Origin: Macrostomum lignano
Taxonomy: Eukaryota
DNA: 64,000 nt
Reading direction: 5' to 3'
Assembly (NCBI GenBank): GCA_002269645.1
Contig: NIVC01003901.1
Span: forward strand, 38,050-102,049
The translations under genes were made by a program, and so were the position numbers. The notes below the pieces were generated by a model, which searched no databases, had not been told where the DNA came from, and saw only the letters and a list, made by a program, of their open reading frames with translations. Numbering within the stretch: position 1 is the first letter of the stretch; every line of letters begins with the position of its first letter. Shown one piece after another: positions 18,440-30,739 of this stretch.

Positions 18440-19370
18440 CAGAAATCGCCCCACTGAGAATCGCCCCCTGAGAATTGCCCCCTGAGAATCACCTTACTGA
18501 GAATCGCCCCACTGAGAATCACCTTACTGAGAATCGCCCCACTGAGAATCGCCCCACTGAGAATCGCCCCACTGAGAATCGCCCCACTGAGAATCGCCCC
18601 ACTGAGAATCGCCCCACTGAGAATCGCCCCACTGAGAATCGCCCCACTGAGAATCGCCCCACTGAGAATCGCCCCACTGAGAATCACCTTACTGAGAATC
18701 GCCCCACTGAGAATCGCCCCACTGAGAATCGCCCCACTGAGAATCGCCCCACTGAGAATCGCCCCACTGAGAATCGCCCCACTGAGAATCGCCCCACTGA
18801 GAATCGCCCCACTGAGAATCGCCCCACTGAGAATCGCCCCACTGAGAATCGCCCCACTGAGAATCGCCCCACTGAGAATCGCCCCACTGAGAATCGCCCC
18901 ACTGAGAATCGCCCCCCTGAGAATCGCCCCCAGAGAATTGCCCCACTGAGAATCGCCCCAGAGAATCGCCCCACTGAGAATCGCTACTTAGCTTTATAGT
19001 TGATGCCGAAGAACCAACCTTAATAGTACTGTTTGGGATAAATCACTTCTGAAAATCTTACCTGACAATAATCGTCCCTGATGAAAATCGGCCCAAATGA
19101 AAATCCTCCCTGATGATAATCACCCATGATGATAATCACCCTTGATAATAATCACCTCTGATGATAATCACCCATGATGATAATCACCCCTGATGATAAT
19201 CACCCTTGATAATAATCACCTCTGATGATAATCACCCATGATGATAATCACCCCGGTTGATAATCACCCCTGATGATAATCACATTTGATGATAATCACC
19301 CCTAATTAAAATCACCTCTGATTAAAATCGCCCTGGTTATAATCACCCCTGATCAAAATCGCCCATTTAA
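18440..19370. repeat. 15-bp array (CCCCACTGAGAATCG)n to ~18985, then degenerate 15/16-bp array (GATGATAATCACCCCT)
   Basis: Direct reading. Confidence 0.9.
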
Positions 19371-19995
19371 ATCCATCTCTTGGGAATTTCTCCCTTTGCT
19401 GCTCAACCCCTTGAGCGCAGAACAGCCTCACAGTCCCAATTAAGGCTGTTTCGCATTCTTCACTCAGCCATCCTGCAGCGGCTTACCGAATCCCATTTAA
19501 TTCCCCATCTTTGCAATCGAATTCAGCCCCCTCCAGTCTTTGATGCGAGCAGAAATCCAATTTAATCAGATTTTGATTATCAGCTGCTCTCAGCCTGAGC
19601 ACTAAGTGAGCAGCCGGACTCACCTGTAGGCATCGCCCCCCCCGCCCGCAGCTCTGTCCAGCTCCTTTAACACCCGGCCGCCTCGCTGACGGAAACTACT
19701 CGCTTCCGTCTAGAATTTCTTTTCTCCCCGACTCCCCGCTCCCCACTCGGACCTCCCAGGAAGTTAACTCGGTAAACAGAGGGCCCCAGCGGCTCAGATT
19801 CAGGCTGGGCCAGGAAATTCTGGAAAGACGGAGGGATGATGTGGGTGGGGGCATTAGTCCAGCGCTTCTGTGAGCGCATCGAGTCAGCAGCTCTCTAGGT
19901 TTGCTCTTCCCGAATTTCCCGTCTCGTATTTTTTGAACCGCTGTAGTTGGAGTTGCCAGCAGATGCAGTGCGAGTTTTATAAATTTGCTTAACAG

Positions 19996-20862
19996 GTAGG
20001 ATAGGACACAGGTGGGATGGGACACAGGTAGGATGGGACACAGGTAGGATGGGACACAGGTAGGATGGGACACAGGTAGGATGGGACACAGGTGGGATGG
20101 GACACAGGTAGGATGGGACACAGGTGGGATGGGACACAGGTGGGATGGGACACAGGTGGGATGGGACACAGGTAGGATGGGACACAGGTGGGATGGGACA
20201 CAGGTGGGATGGGACACAGGTAGGATGGGACACAAGTAGGATGGGACACAGGTGGGATGGGACACAGGTAGGATGGGACACAGGTAGGATGGGACACAAG
20301 TAGGATGGGACACAGGTGGGATGGGACACAGGTAGGATGGGACACAAGTAGGATGGGACACAGGTGGGATGGGACACAGGTAGGATGGGACACAAGTAGG
20401 ATGGGACACAGGTGGGATGGGACACAAGTGGGATGGGACACAGGTGGGATGGGACACAGGTGGGATGGGACACAGGTAGGATGGGACACAAGTAGGATGG
20501 GACACAGGTGGGATGGGACACAAGTGGGATGGGACACAGGTGGGATGGGACACAGGTGGGATGGGACACAGGTGGGATGGGACACAGGTGAGATAGGACA
20601 CAGGTGGGATGGGACACAGGTGGGATGGGACACAGGTGGGATGGGACACAGGTAGGATGGGACACAAGTAGGATGGGACACAGGTGGGATGGGACACAGG
20701 TAGGATGGGACACAGGTGGGATGGGACACAGGTGGGATGGGACACAGGTGGGATGGGACACAGGTGGGATGGGACACAGGTAGGATGGGACACAAGTAGG
20801 ATGGGACACAGGTGGGATGGGACACAGGTAGGATGGGACACAGGTGGGATGGGACACAGGTA
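19996..20862. repeat. 16-bp array (GGATGGGACACAGGTR)n
   Basis: Direct reading. Confidence 0.95.
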
Positions 20863-21404
20863 GAGGGTTCGGGAGAGGGGAGACGTAGGATGCGGTGAGC
20901 AGAGACTACATGGGAAATATCAGTAATGAAACCAGGAGACTCAAGAGGCAATGCAATAATTTCAGGAATTGTGTTTTTCCCTTGATTTCTTTGGATTTGA
21001 CAATTCGGCTCGCGTGCTGGCAGAAGCAATTTTGGCCGCTTTTTGTGCCCGAATGAATGCAGCAGGCGAGGGAGACGGCCGCCCTCAGTTATTTGCTATC
21101 CTCAATGCAATTAATTTGCAGAGCCCTCAGCCCCGAGCCGCCCAAATCAATGGCGTACTCTCTCTAAGCTTGCCTCGGAGCGCTTCGTGGCTCATTTGGC
21201 CGCGGGCGGCCAACCCGGACACCGCGGGTGGCGGGGGGGGGCGCACGTGACCTCGAATGCCACGATATGACAGCTGATCTTGAACTGGCGCACTCCTGGC
21301 TAATAGACAGTCCGAGTTGTGCAGCAATTGAAATATTCATATCAAATACTGGCGTCAGCTTCATGATGGACCGTCTGCTCTTTCAACAGGAAGCACTAGA
21401 GAGG

Positions 21405-23417
21405 CTGATACAAGCACCATCAGGGAGAATTCCCCAATATCTAATACAAGCACCATCAGGGAGAATTCCCCAATATCTAATACAAGCACCATCAGGGAGA
21501 ATTCCCCAATATCTAATACAAGCACCATCAGGGAGAATTCCCCAATATCTAATACAAGCACCATCAGGGAGAATTCCCCAATATCTAATACAAGCATCAT
21601 CAGGGAGAATTCACCGATATCTAATACAAGCACCATCAGGGAGAATTCCCCGATATCTAATACAAGCACCATCAGGGAGAATTCCCCAATATCTAATACA
21701 AGCACCATCAGGGAGAATTCCCCAATATCTAATGCAAGCATTTATCAGGGAGAATTCCTCAATATCTAATACAAGCATTTATCAGGGAGAATTTCTAAAT
21801 ATCCAATGCAAGCATCATCAGGGAGAATTCCCCAATATCTAATGCAAGCAATTATCAGGGAGAATTTCCCAATATCTAATGCAAGCATCATCAGGGAGAA
21901 TTCCCCAATATCTAATGCAAGCATCATCAGGGAGAATTCCCCGATATCTAATGCAAGCATCATCAGGGAGAATTCCCCGATATCTAATGCAAGCATCATC
22001 AGGGAGAATTCCCCAATATCTAATGCAAGCATCATCAGGGAGAATTCCCCGATATCTAATGCAAGCATCATCAGGGAGAATTCCCCGATATCTAATACAA
22101 GCATCATCAGGGAGAATTCCCCGATATCTAATGCAAGCATCATCAGGGAGAATTCCCCGATATCTAATACAAGCACCATCAGGGAGAATTCCCCAATATC
22201 TAATACAAGCACCATCAGGGAGAATTCCCCAATATCTAATGCAAGCATCATCAGGGAGAATTCCCAATATCTAATACAAGCATCATCAGGGAGAATTCTA
22301 AATATCTAATGCAAGCATCATCAGGGAGAATTCCCCAATATCTAATGCAAGCATTATCAGGGAGAATTTCCCAATATCTAATGCAAGCATCATCAGGGAG
22401 AATTCCCCAATATCTAATGCAAGCATCATCAGGGAGAATTCCCGATATCTAATGCAAGCATCATCAGGGAGAATTCCCCGATATCTAATGCAAGCATCAT
22501 CAGGGAGAATTCCCCGATATCTAATGCAAGCATCATCAGGGAGAATTCCCCGATATCTAATGCAAGCATCATCAGGGAGAATTCCCCGATATCTAATGCA
22601 AGCATCATCAGGGAGAATTCCCCGATATCTAATGCAAGCATCATCAGGGAGAATTCCCCGATATCTAATGCAAGCATCATCAGGGAGAATTCCCGATATC
22701 TAATGCAAGCATCATCAGGGAGAATTCCCGATATCTAATGCAAGCATCATCAGGGAGAATTCCCCGATATCTAATGCAAGCATCATCAGGGAGAATTCCC
22801 GATATCTAATGCAAGCATCATCAGGGAGAATTCCCCGATATCTAATGCAAGCATCATCAGGGAGAATTCCCCGATATCTAATGCAAGCATCATCAGGGAG
22901 AATTCCCCGATATCTAATGCAAGCATCATCAGGGAGAATTCCCGATATCTAATGCAAGCATCATCAGGGAGAATTCCCCGATATCTAATGCAAGCATCAT
23001 CAGGGAGAATTCCCCGATATCTAATCAAGCATCATCAGGGAGAATTCCCGATATCTAATGCAAGCATCATCAGGGAGAATTCCCGATATCTAATGCAAGC
23101 ATCATCAGGGAGAATTCCCCGATATCTAATACAAGCATCATCAGGGAGAATTCCCCGATATCTAATGCAAGCATCATCAGGGAGAATTCCCGATATCTAA
23201 TGCAAGCATCATCAGGGAGAATTCCCCGATATCTAATGCAAGCATCATCAGGGAGAATTCCCCGATATCTAATGCAAGCATCATCAGGGAGAATTCCCCG
23301 AAATCTAATGCAAGCATCATCAAGGAGAATTCCCCGATATCTAATGCAAGCATCATCAGGGAGAATTCCCCGATATCTAATGCAAGCATCATCAGGGAGA
23401 ATTCCCCGATATCTAAT
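21405..23417. repeat. 36-bp minisatellite (ATATCTAATGCAAGCATCATCAGGGAGAATTCCCCG)n, about 55 copies
   Basis: Direct reading; 35-bp variant units are also present. Confidence 0.95.
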
Positions 23418-23894
23418 GTGAGAATTAGCAGGGAGATTTGTGATGTGAGATCTGTTTCATCCCTTTCAAAAGCAATCAGTGGTCCTTGAATAAATTCTTT
23501 GGGTGGAAGAAACTCAAACTCAAGCTACCAGCAGCTCAGAATGGCATCTAAGCACGAGCTGTCAACACTGATCTGTATTTAATTTGCTTCACCACAATAA
23601 TTCCCATCTGACTAATCGGTCACGCCTCAAAAAAGTTAGTCGGGTATCCAACACAATAATCCATCGTATTAAGATGTGCCATCTTGGTAGCGCGTCTGGG
23701 ATGAATTAGAAAATTTTATTCTTTGGGAAATAAGATTAGTTGATGGATATTGAGATTAAGGATTTCAAGCTCATCTCATCCAGTTTAATCTGAGCATTAT
23801 CATCTTTTCAACTAACTCCAGAGCGCCCGTGCCATATGGCCGTTAAAATCTCTTGCCCTATCAAATTGTTCAACCCCCGGGGAGCTCCATCAGC

Positions 23895-24490
23895 CCTGCC
23901 CCTGCCCCTGCCCCAGCCCCAGCCCCAGCCCCAGCCCCAGCCCCAGCCCCAGCCCCAGCCCCAGCCCCAGCCCCAGCCCCAGCCCCAGCCCCAGCCCCAG
24001 CCCCAGTCTCTACCCCAGCCCCAATCCCAGCCCCCCCAGCCCAGCCCCAGCCCCAGCCCCAGCCCCAGCCCCAGCCCCAGCCCCAGCCCCAGCCCCAGCC
24101 CCAGCCCCAGCCCCAGCCCCAGCCCCCCCAGCCCCAGCCCTACCCCAGCCCTACCCCAGCCCCAGCCCCAGCCCCAGCCCCAGCCCCAGCCCCAGCCCCA
24201 GCCCCAGCCCCAGCCCCAGCCCCAGCCCCAGCCCCAGCCCCAGCCCCAGCCCCAGCCCCAGCCCCAGCCCTACCCCAGCCCTACCCCCCCAGCCCCAGCC
24301 CCAGCCCCAGCCCCAGCCCCAGCCCCAGCCCCAGCCCCAGCCCCAGCCCCAGCCCCAGCCCCAGCCCTCTCTACCCAGCCCCAATCCCAGCCCCACCCCA
24401 GCCCCAGCCCGAGCCCCAACCCCAGCCCTAGCCCCAGCCTTAGCCCCAGCCCTAGCCCCAGCCTTAGCCCCAGCCCCAGCCCCAGTCCCA
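23895..24490. repeat. (CCCCAG)n hexamer array
   Basis: Direct reading. Confidence 0.95.
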
Positions 24491-25334
24491 GCTCACCGTC
24501 TGGGTTCGGCCTCTACAAACGCATAGCTTCTATCCGGCGATCGGCTGCAAGACCTCGGACGGGACGGCGAGCCGGAGCGAGACCGCGACCTGGATGACCT
24601 GGCGAGCCGGGACCGCCTGACCTGGTGCTGCCGCTGCTGCCTGCTGTGGTCGTGCAGGTTCCGGCTCTGGTGGAACATAGACCGCTGGGCGCCTCCGTTC
24701 TCAGCCTGGCTCTTTGCCTGAGACTAAAGTCCAGCCAGCCTCGCGCCTGCTCGCCTCGGGGAGGATTTCTGTGGCTACTTAGCCGCAAAGCAATGATAGA
24801 TGTTGCTTCCAGGCAGCCAGCGCTGCTTGGCGCAGCTTTTCAGCTGGACGAGACCGAAAGGCGAAGGAGGAGGTGGGGGGGTTGAGAATGAGAGCGAGAG
24901 CCAGGCACCCAAACCCATCGATCTCAGGCAAGCCCGGCTGCTGCCATTGGCTGGGAGACTCTCGCCCAGGTCCCTGCCATGATATGCATTCTTCATCCCC
25001 AGCCTCCCCATGCAATTGTTTTGCCCCAGCAGCTGCTCCCGTCGCCAGGCCAGCATTTTCTGGAGAAGAGGAAAAGTGGGCCACAAATGGATGAAGAATG
25101 CGGCTTGAGTCCCGCTGTGGCTACCCAAGTTTCCCGCAATTTTTATCGGAGTCAAGGCTCGGAGGGTTCTCGCTGACACTCACCGCATTCATTGCCGATG
25201 TGTGACTCCATGAGAGCTGGGCAGATGCAGCGGCCATGGTTTGGGAATGGCAGTGGCGGAAGCAGCGGGGCCCATTGCAATGCAGAGGGGCGGACAGCCT
25301 GAGATAATTGGGGGAAAACACTGCAGTGTATACG

Positions 25335-25790
25335 CATGAGAGAAGCAATGTGATTTGCATGAGAAGCAATGTGATCAGCATGAGAAGCAATGTGATCAGC
25401 ATGGAAGCAATGTGATCAGTATGAGAAGCAATGTGATCAGTATGAGAAGCAATGTGATCAGTATGAGAAGCAATGTGATCAGCATGAGAAGCAATGTGAT
25501 CAGCATGAGAAGCAATGTGATCAGCATGAGAAGCAATGTGATCAGCATGAGAAGCAAAGTGATCAGTATGGAAGCAATGTGATCAGAATGGAAGCAATGT
25601 GATCAGAATGGAAGCAATGTGATCAGCATGGAAGCAATGTGATCAGTGTGGAAGCAATGTGATTAGAATAGAAGCAAGGTGATCAGAATGGGAGCAATGT
25701 GATCAGCATGGAAGCAATGTGATCAGTGTGGAAGCAATGTGATTAGAATAGAAGCAAGGTGATCAGAATGGGAGCAATGTGATCAGCAAA
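25335..25790. repeat. 20/21-bp array (ATCAGCATGAGAAGCAATGTG)n
   Basis: Direct reading. Confidence 0.93.
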
Positions 25791-26529
25791 GAGATGATAT
25801 GAGATCAAAGGGAGAAGAGAGCATAATAAGGGAGTGATGAGATTAAGATGAGGAAGAGGGGAGATCAGAAATTAGATGTAAGATCAGAATGTAGAGTGTA
25901 CATGAAATCAGAATGTAGAGATTAGATTGGAATGAGAGCGAGGTGAGATCAGAATGTATAAGTAAGATCAGAATGTAGAGATGAGATCAGGATGTAGAGA
26001 TGAGATAGGAATGAGAGAGAGAGGAGACCGGAAGGCGAGATCAGAGTGCGGAGGTGGATCAAACAGGATTAAGAGGGTACAGTCGAGACAGCCAGGATCA
26101 GGCGAGTTCGCGGTACCGAGCTGCCAGATCACGTGATGCAGGGACGCTGCTACAAAAGTCCTGACGAACCTAAAAACGACTGCATTTTGTCGTGACCTTG
26201 AAATTAGCATTGGCACATTGCCATCTGCATCTATTGATCCCCAGAAATTTCATGAAAATTCACTAATAGCTGCAGTTCCGTCCCAGCGGCCTGGCAGTCC
26301 ATAGCAACAATTCGTTTGTCGCTAAGCAAAAATTTCTAGCTAAGAAAGAATGCAGCAACGCGAGAGCCAAGCAAAGTGGAAAAAGAAAACGTGATAACTG
26401 GGGAAATTTTCCCAATATTTTTTGCACCTCTCACACGCTCCCGTCCGCTCGCCCTTCGATCTGAGGGCAGGGGATGAGTTAATAAAAATATCCCTGTCTC
26501 CGAGCCGCGCAAGCCAGTATTCACTTACA

Positions 26530-27385
26530 CGCTGACTCTCTCACTGGCTCTCGCACGGACTCTCACACTGACTCTCATACTGGCTCTCGCACTGACTCTC
26601 ACACTGACTCTCACACTGATTCTCACACTGACTCTCTCACTGGCTCTCGCACGGACTCTCACACTGACTTTCATACTGGCTCTCGCACTGACTCTCACAC
26701 TGACTCTCACACTGATTCTCACACTGACTCTCTCACTGGCTCTTGCACGGACTCTCACACTGACTCTCACACTGGCTCTCGCACGGACTCTCACACTGAC
26801 TCTCACACTGACTCTCACACTGATTCTCACACTGACTCTCACACTGGCTCTCGCACGGACTCTCACACTGACTCTCACACTGACTCTCACACTGACTCTC
26901 ACACTGACTCTCATACTGGCTCTCGCACTGACTCTCACACTGACTCTCACACTGATTCTCACACTGACTCTCTCACTGGCTCTTGCACGGACTCTCACAC
27001 TGACTCTCACACTGGCTCTCGCACGGACTCTCACACTGACTCTCACACTGACTCTCACACTGATTCTCACACTGACTCTCACACTGGCTCTCGCACGGAC
27101 TCTCACACTGACTCTCACACTGACTCTCACACTGACTCTCACACTGACTCTCACACTGACTCTCACACTGATTCTCACACTGACTCTCACACTGGCTCTA
27201 GCACGGACTCTCACACTGACTCTCACACTGACTCTCCCACTGACTCTCACACTGACTCTCATACTGATTCTCACACTGACTCTCACACTGACTCTCCCAC
27301 TGACTCTCACACTGACTCTCACACTGACTCTCACACTGACTCTCCCACTGACTCTCACACTGACCCTCACACTGACTCTCATGCT
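26530..27385. repeat. 12-bp array (CTCTCACACTGA)n
   Basis: Direct reading. Confidence 0.95.
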
Positions 27386-28167
27386 AGCTCTCTGCTGCTG
27401 GGCCTCTACCCCTGTGGTTCTCACACTGTGACTCTCTGTTGCTGGGACTATCAGGCTGCAGGTCTCATGTTGTGAATCTGACTTGAACTCTCACGATGCG
27501 GTGATTCTCACTCTTGACTCCACTCAGGTCAAGTGAGCTCACACAAGCCCAGAACGCAGAGAGCCGCAGGCAAGTCGCGTATCGCAGGCTTAACCTGGCA
27601 ATTTCTTGTCGCATTCAATGCCGAATTCATTCTACCTTATTGTCGCACCGTCATGCAATGCTGAAAGCTTCAAGGCCAGCGCCAATTATCCCGTATCTTC
27701 CAAACAAGCTATGCATGTAAGCCGGCGCTCTGATCTAATTCCCATATCTGGTCTGAATCTCAAGGCTTGTGCGGCACGCGACTCACCCAGCGCAGAGCCG
27801 GGGGGATTTGAACTGCACGAGAATTTGCCTTTGCCTTCGCTTTCAGGAGAGGAAGTGGGCGTTATAGGCAGTAATTTTTGTTGCTCAGCGGGATATCGGG
27901 ACAAAAGTTGTTTATTGCATCCGGCTGCGGGCTTCCTTCCCGGGAAACGGCGCAGACTCAGGGCGGCTCAGGCTAGCCAGAGGAGCGAGTTGGTCTCTGA
28001 CGCTTCTCAGGACCGGAGTGGAGTCAGTGCGACCTCGGAAACGGACTGTTGAAATTATGAAATATGATGAAGCGCTAAGCAGCTGGTTCAGATTCCATCC
28101 TGCAGTCATAAAACAGTGCCTATTGAAGTAGTTGGAATTCCGGACAGATTTACAGCTGCAACAAGGC

Positions 28168-28845
<678 letters not shown>

Positions 28846-29217
28846 TAATCTATCAGCATTTCAGTCTATTTCAGCGCAGCCGTCTTTCATATCTTTATTG
28901 ACAATGCAAAGGTGACGGTAACTCAAAAGAAGAAGCTCGGAAGGAACTAAAAAGCATTCAGGTGCTCTTGGCCTCAACTACGCAGCCAAATCGGACTGAC
29001 ATTCGGGCTTTATTTTTGTAGAAAAATCAGCAGGGGCTGAAGTGCCAGGTAATTCCACTTTCCGCTGTGGCAAAATCAATTTGAGCTGCCTAAATGAAAC
29101 CGGAGCGACAGCTGAGTGGGAGAGAAATTCGGCCTTACGATGGAGGCCAGAATCTGAGTTCCTGCTTGCTTCTGATGCAGTGCTATGGGATATGTGGTAT
29201 TGAGAATACCGCAAGGA

Positions 29218-29720
29218 GAGTAGGGTGCAGTTAGAGTAGGGTGCAGTTAGAGTAGGGTGCAGTTAGAGTAGGGTGCAGTTAGAGTAGGGTGCAGTTAGAG
29301 TAGGGTGCAGTTAGAGTAGGGTGCAGTTAGAGTAGGGTGCAGTTAGAGTAGGGTGCAGTTAGAGTAGGGTGCAGTTAGAGTAGGGTGCAGTTAGAGTAGG
29401 GTGCAGTTAGAGTAGGGTGCAGTTAGAGTAGGGTGCAGTTAGAGTAGGGTGCAGTTAGAGTAGGGTGCAGTTAGAGTAGGGTGCAGTTAGAGTAGGGTGC
29501 AGTTAGAGTAGGGTGCAGTTAGAGTAGGGTGCAGTTAGAGTAGGGTGCAGTTAGAGTAGGGTGCAGTTAGAGTAGGTGCAGTTAGAGTAGGGTGCAGTTA
29601 GAGTAGGGTGCAGTTAGAGTAGGGTGCAGTTAGAGTAGGGTGCAGTTAGAGTAGGGTGCAGTTAGAGTAGGGTGCAGTTAGAGTAGGGTGCAGTTAGAGT
29701 AGGGTGCAGTTAGAGTAGGG
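29218..29720. repeat. 16-bp array (AGAGTAGGGTGCAGTT)n
   Basis: Direct reading. Confidence 0.95.
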
Positions 29721-30245
29721 CACATTCCAAATGAATAATAATCGGAATTATTCGCAGGGACTCAGCACTCAGGGCGGCACCTCAAAGTAGGCTCAGCGCT
29801 CTGCAGCTGCGGGCGCTGAGAACTGCAGAAATGTTTTTGAAAGATGAAGAAAATCGCTGATAGAGCGGGAAGGGATAAAAAGAAATGAGATCCCGGAGTG
29901 AGAGATGGAGTCGGGAGGATAACTGCTACTTTATACTCATATTTTAAGGGGATATTTCCCGGAGTGGGACTTACTGAGCCATTGTTTGAGTTGAAATCCC
30001 GCAGCCCAGTTATCCGCATAGTCCCAGAGCTCACTATCGCAGTTTGAGCACCGCAGCCTTGGGGATTAAGGCCGGATTCGGTTGGCTCAAATAATCGAAG
30101 GCTCGGTGCCCCTCTAGATGGACAGCCCCAGAATCCCCCTGGCCGGCATCAAATATTCAGGAGAGCTGCAGCCAGGAGCGGCTTGCCGACAGAAACACGC
30201 AGGCGACGCGGAGTGAAATTCAGTAACGAGCTGCTTTAAAGCATT

Positions 30246-30251
30246 TTATTG
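30246..30251 (-). terminator. Candidate polyadenylation signal AATAAA of the nAChR gene
   Basis: TTTATT on plus, ~490 nt past the stop codon; no transcript evidence. Confidence 0.35.
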
Positions 30252-30504
30252 TTGCCATGGTTACGAGTTTTTTACAACGGATTTATTTGTTTGAATAACA
30301 CGAGCTGACATTCAAAATTGTGTTTAATTTTTCGGACAAAAAGTGGCGTGAAGAATCCAACCGTTGTTGTTTGATGGTTGGAAAAAGCTGCAAGAGCAAG
30401 CTCGTGATAGAAAATAGAAGATAACTTTTCATTCGGGCAGCCATCTGCCGCAGAAAAATTCGACCCAAGAATCATTCTGTATGAGATTTCTATCATTGAG
30501 ACTT

Positions 30505-30675
30505 CCCTCCTTAGGATTTCCCCTTAGGATTTCCCCTTAGGATCCCCCTTGGGATTTCCCTTCTTAGTATTCCCCCTAGGGATTTCCCTCCTTGGGATTA
30601 CCCCTTGGGATTTCCCTCCTTAGGATTCCCCTTGGGATTTCCCTCCTTAGGATTCCCCTTGGGATTTCCCTCCCA
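30505..30675. repeat. Degenerate ~14-bp array (GGGATTTCCCTCCTT) in nAChR 3'UTR
   Basis: Direct reading. Confidence 0.85.
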
Positions 30676-30739
30676 TCTAATTTCAATGTTCCCGTCTGAG
30701 ATTCGGCCTCCGGCTGGGATTCCCTCCCCATGAACTTCC

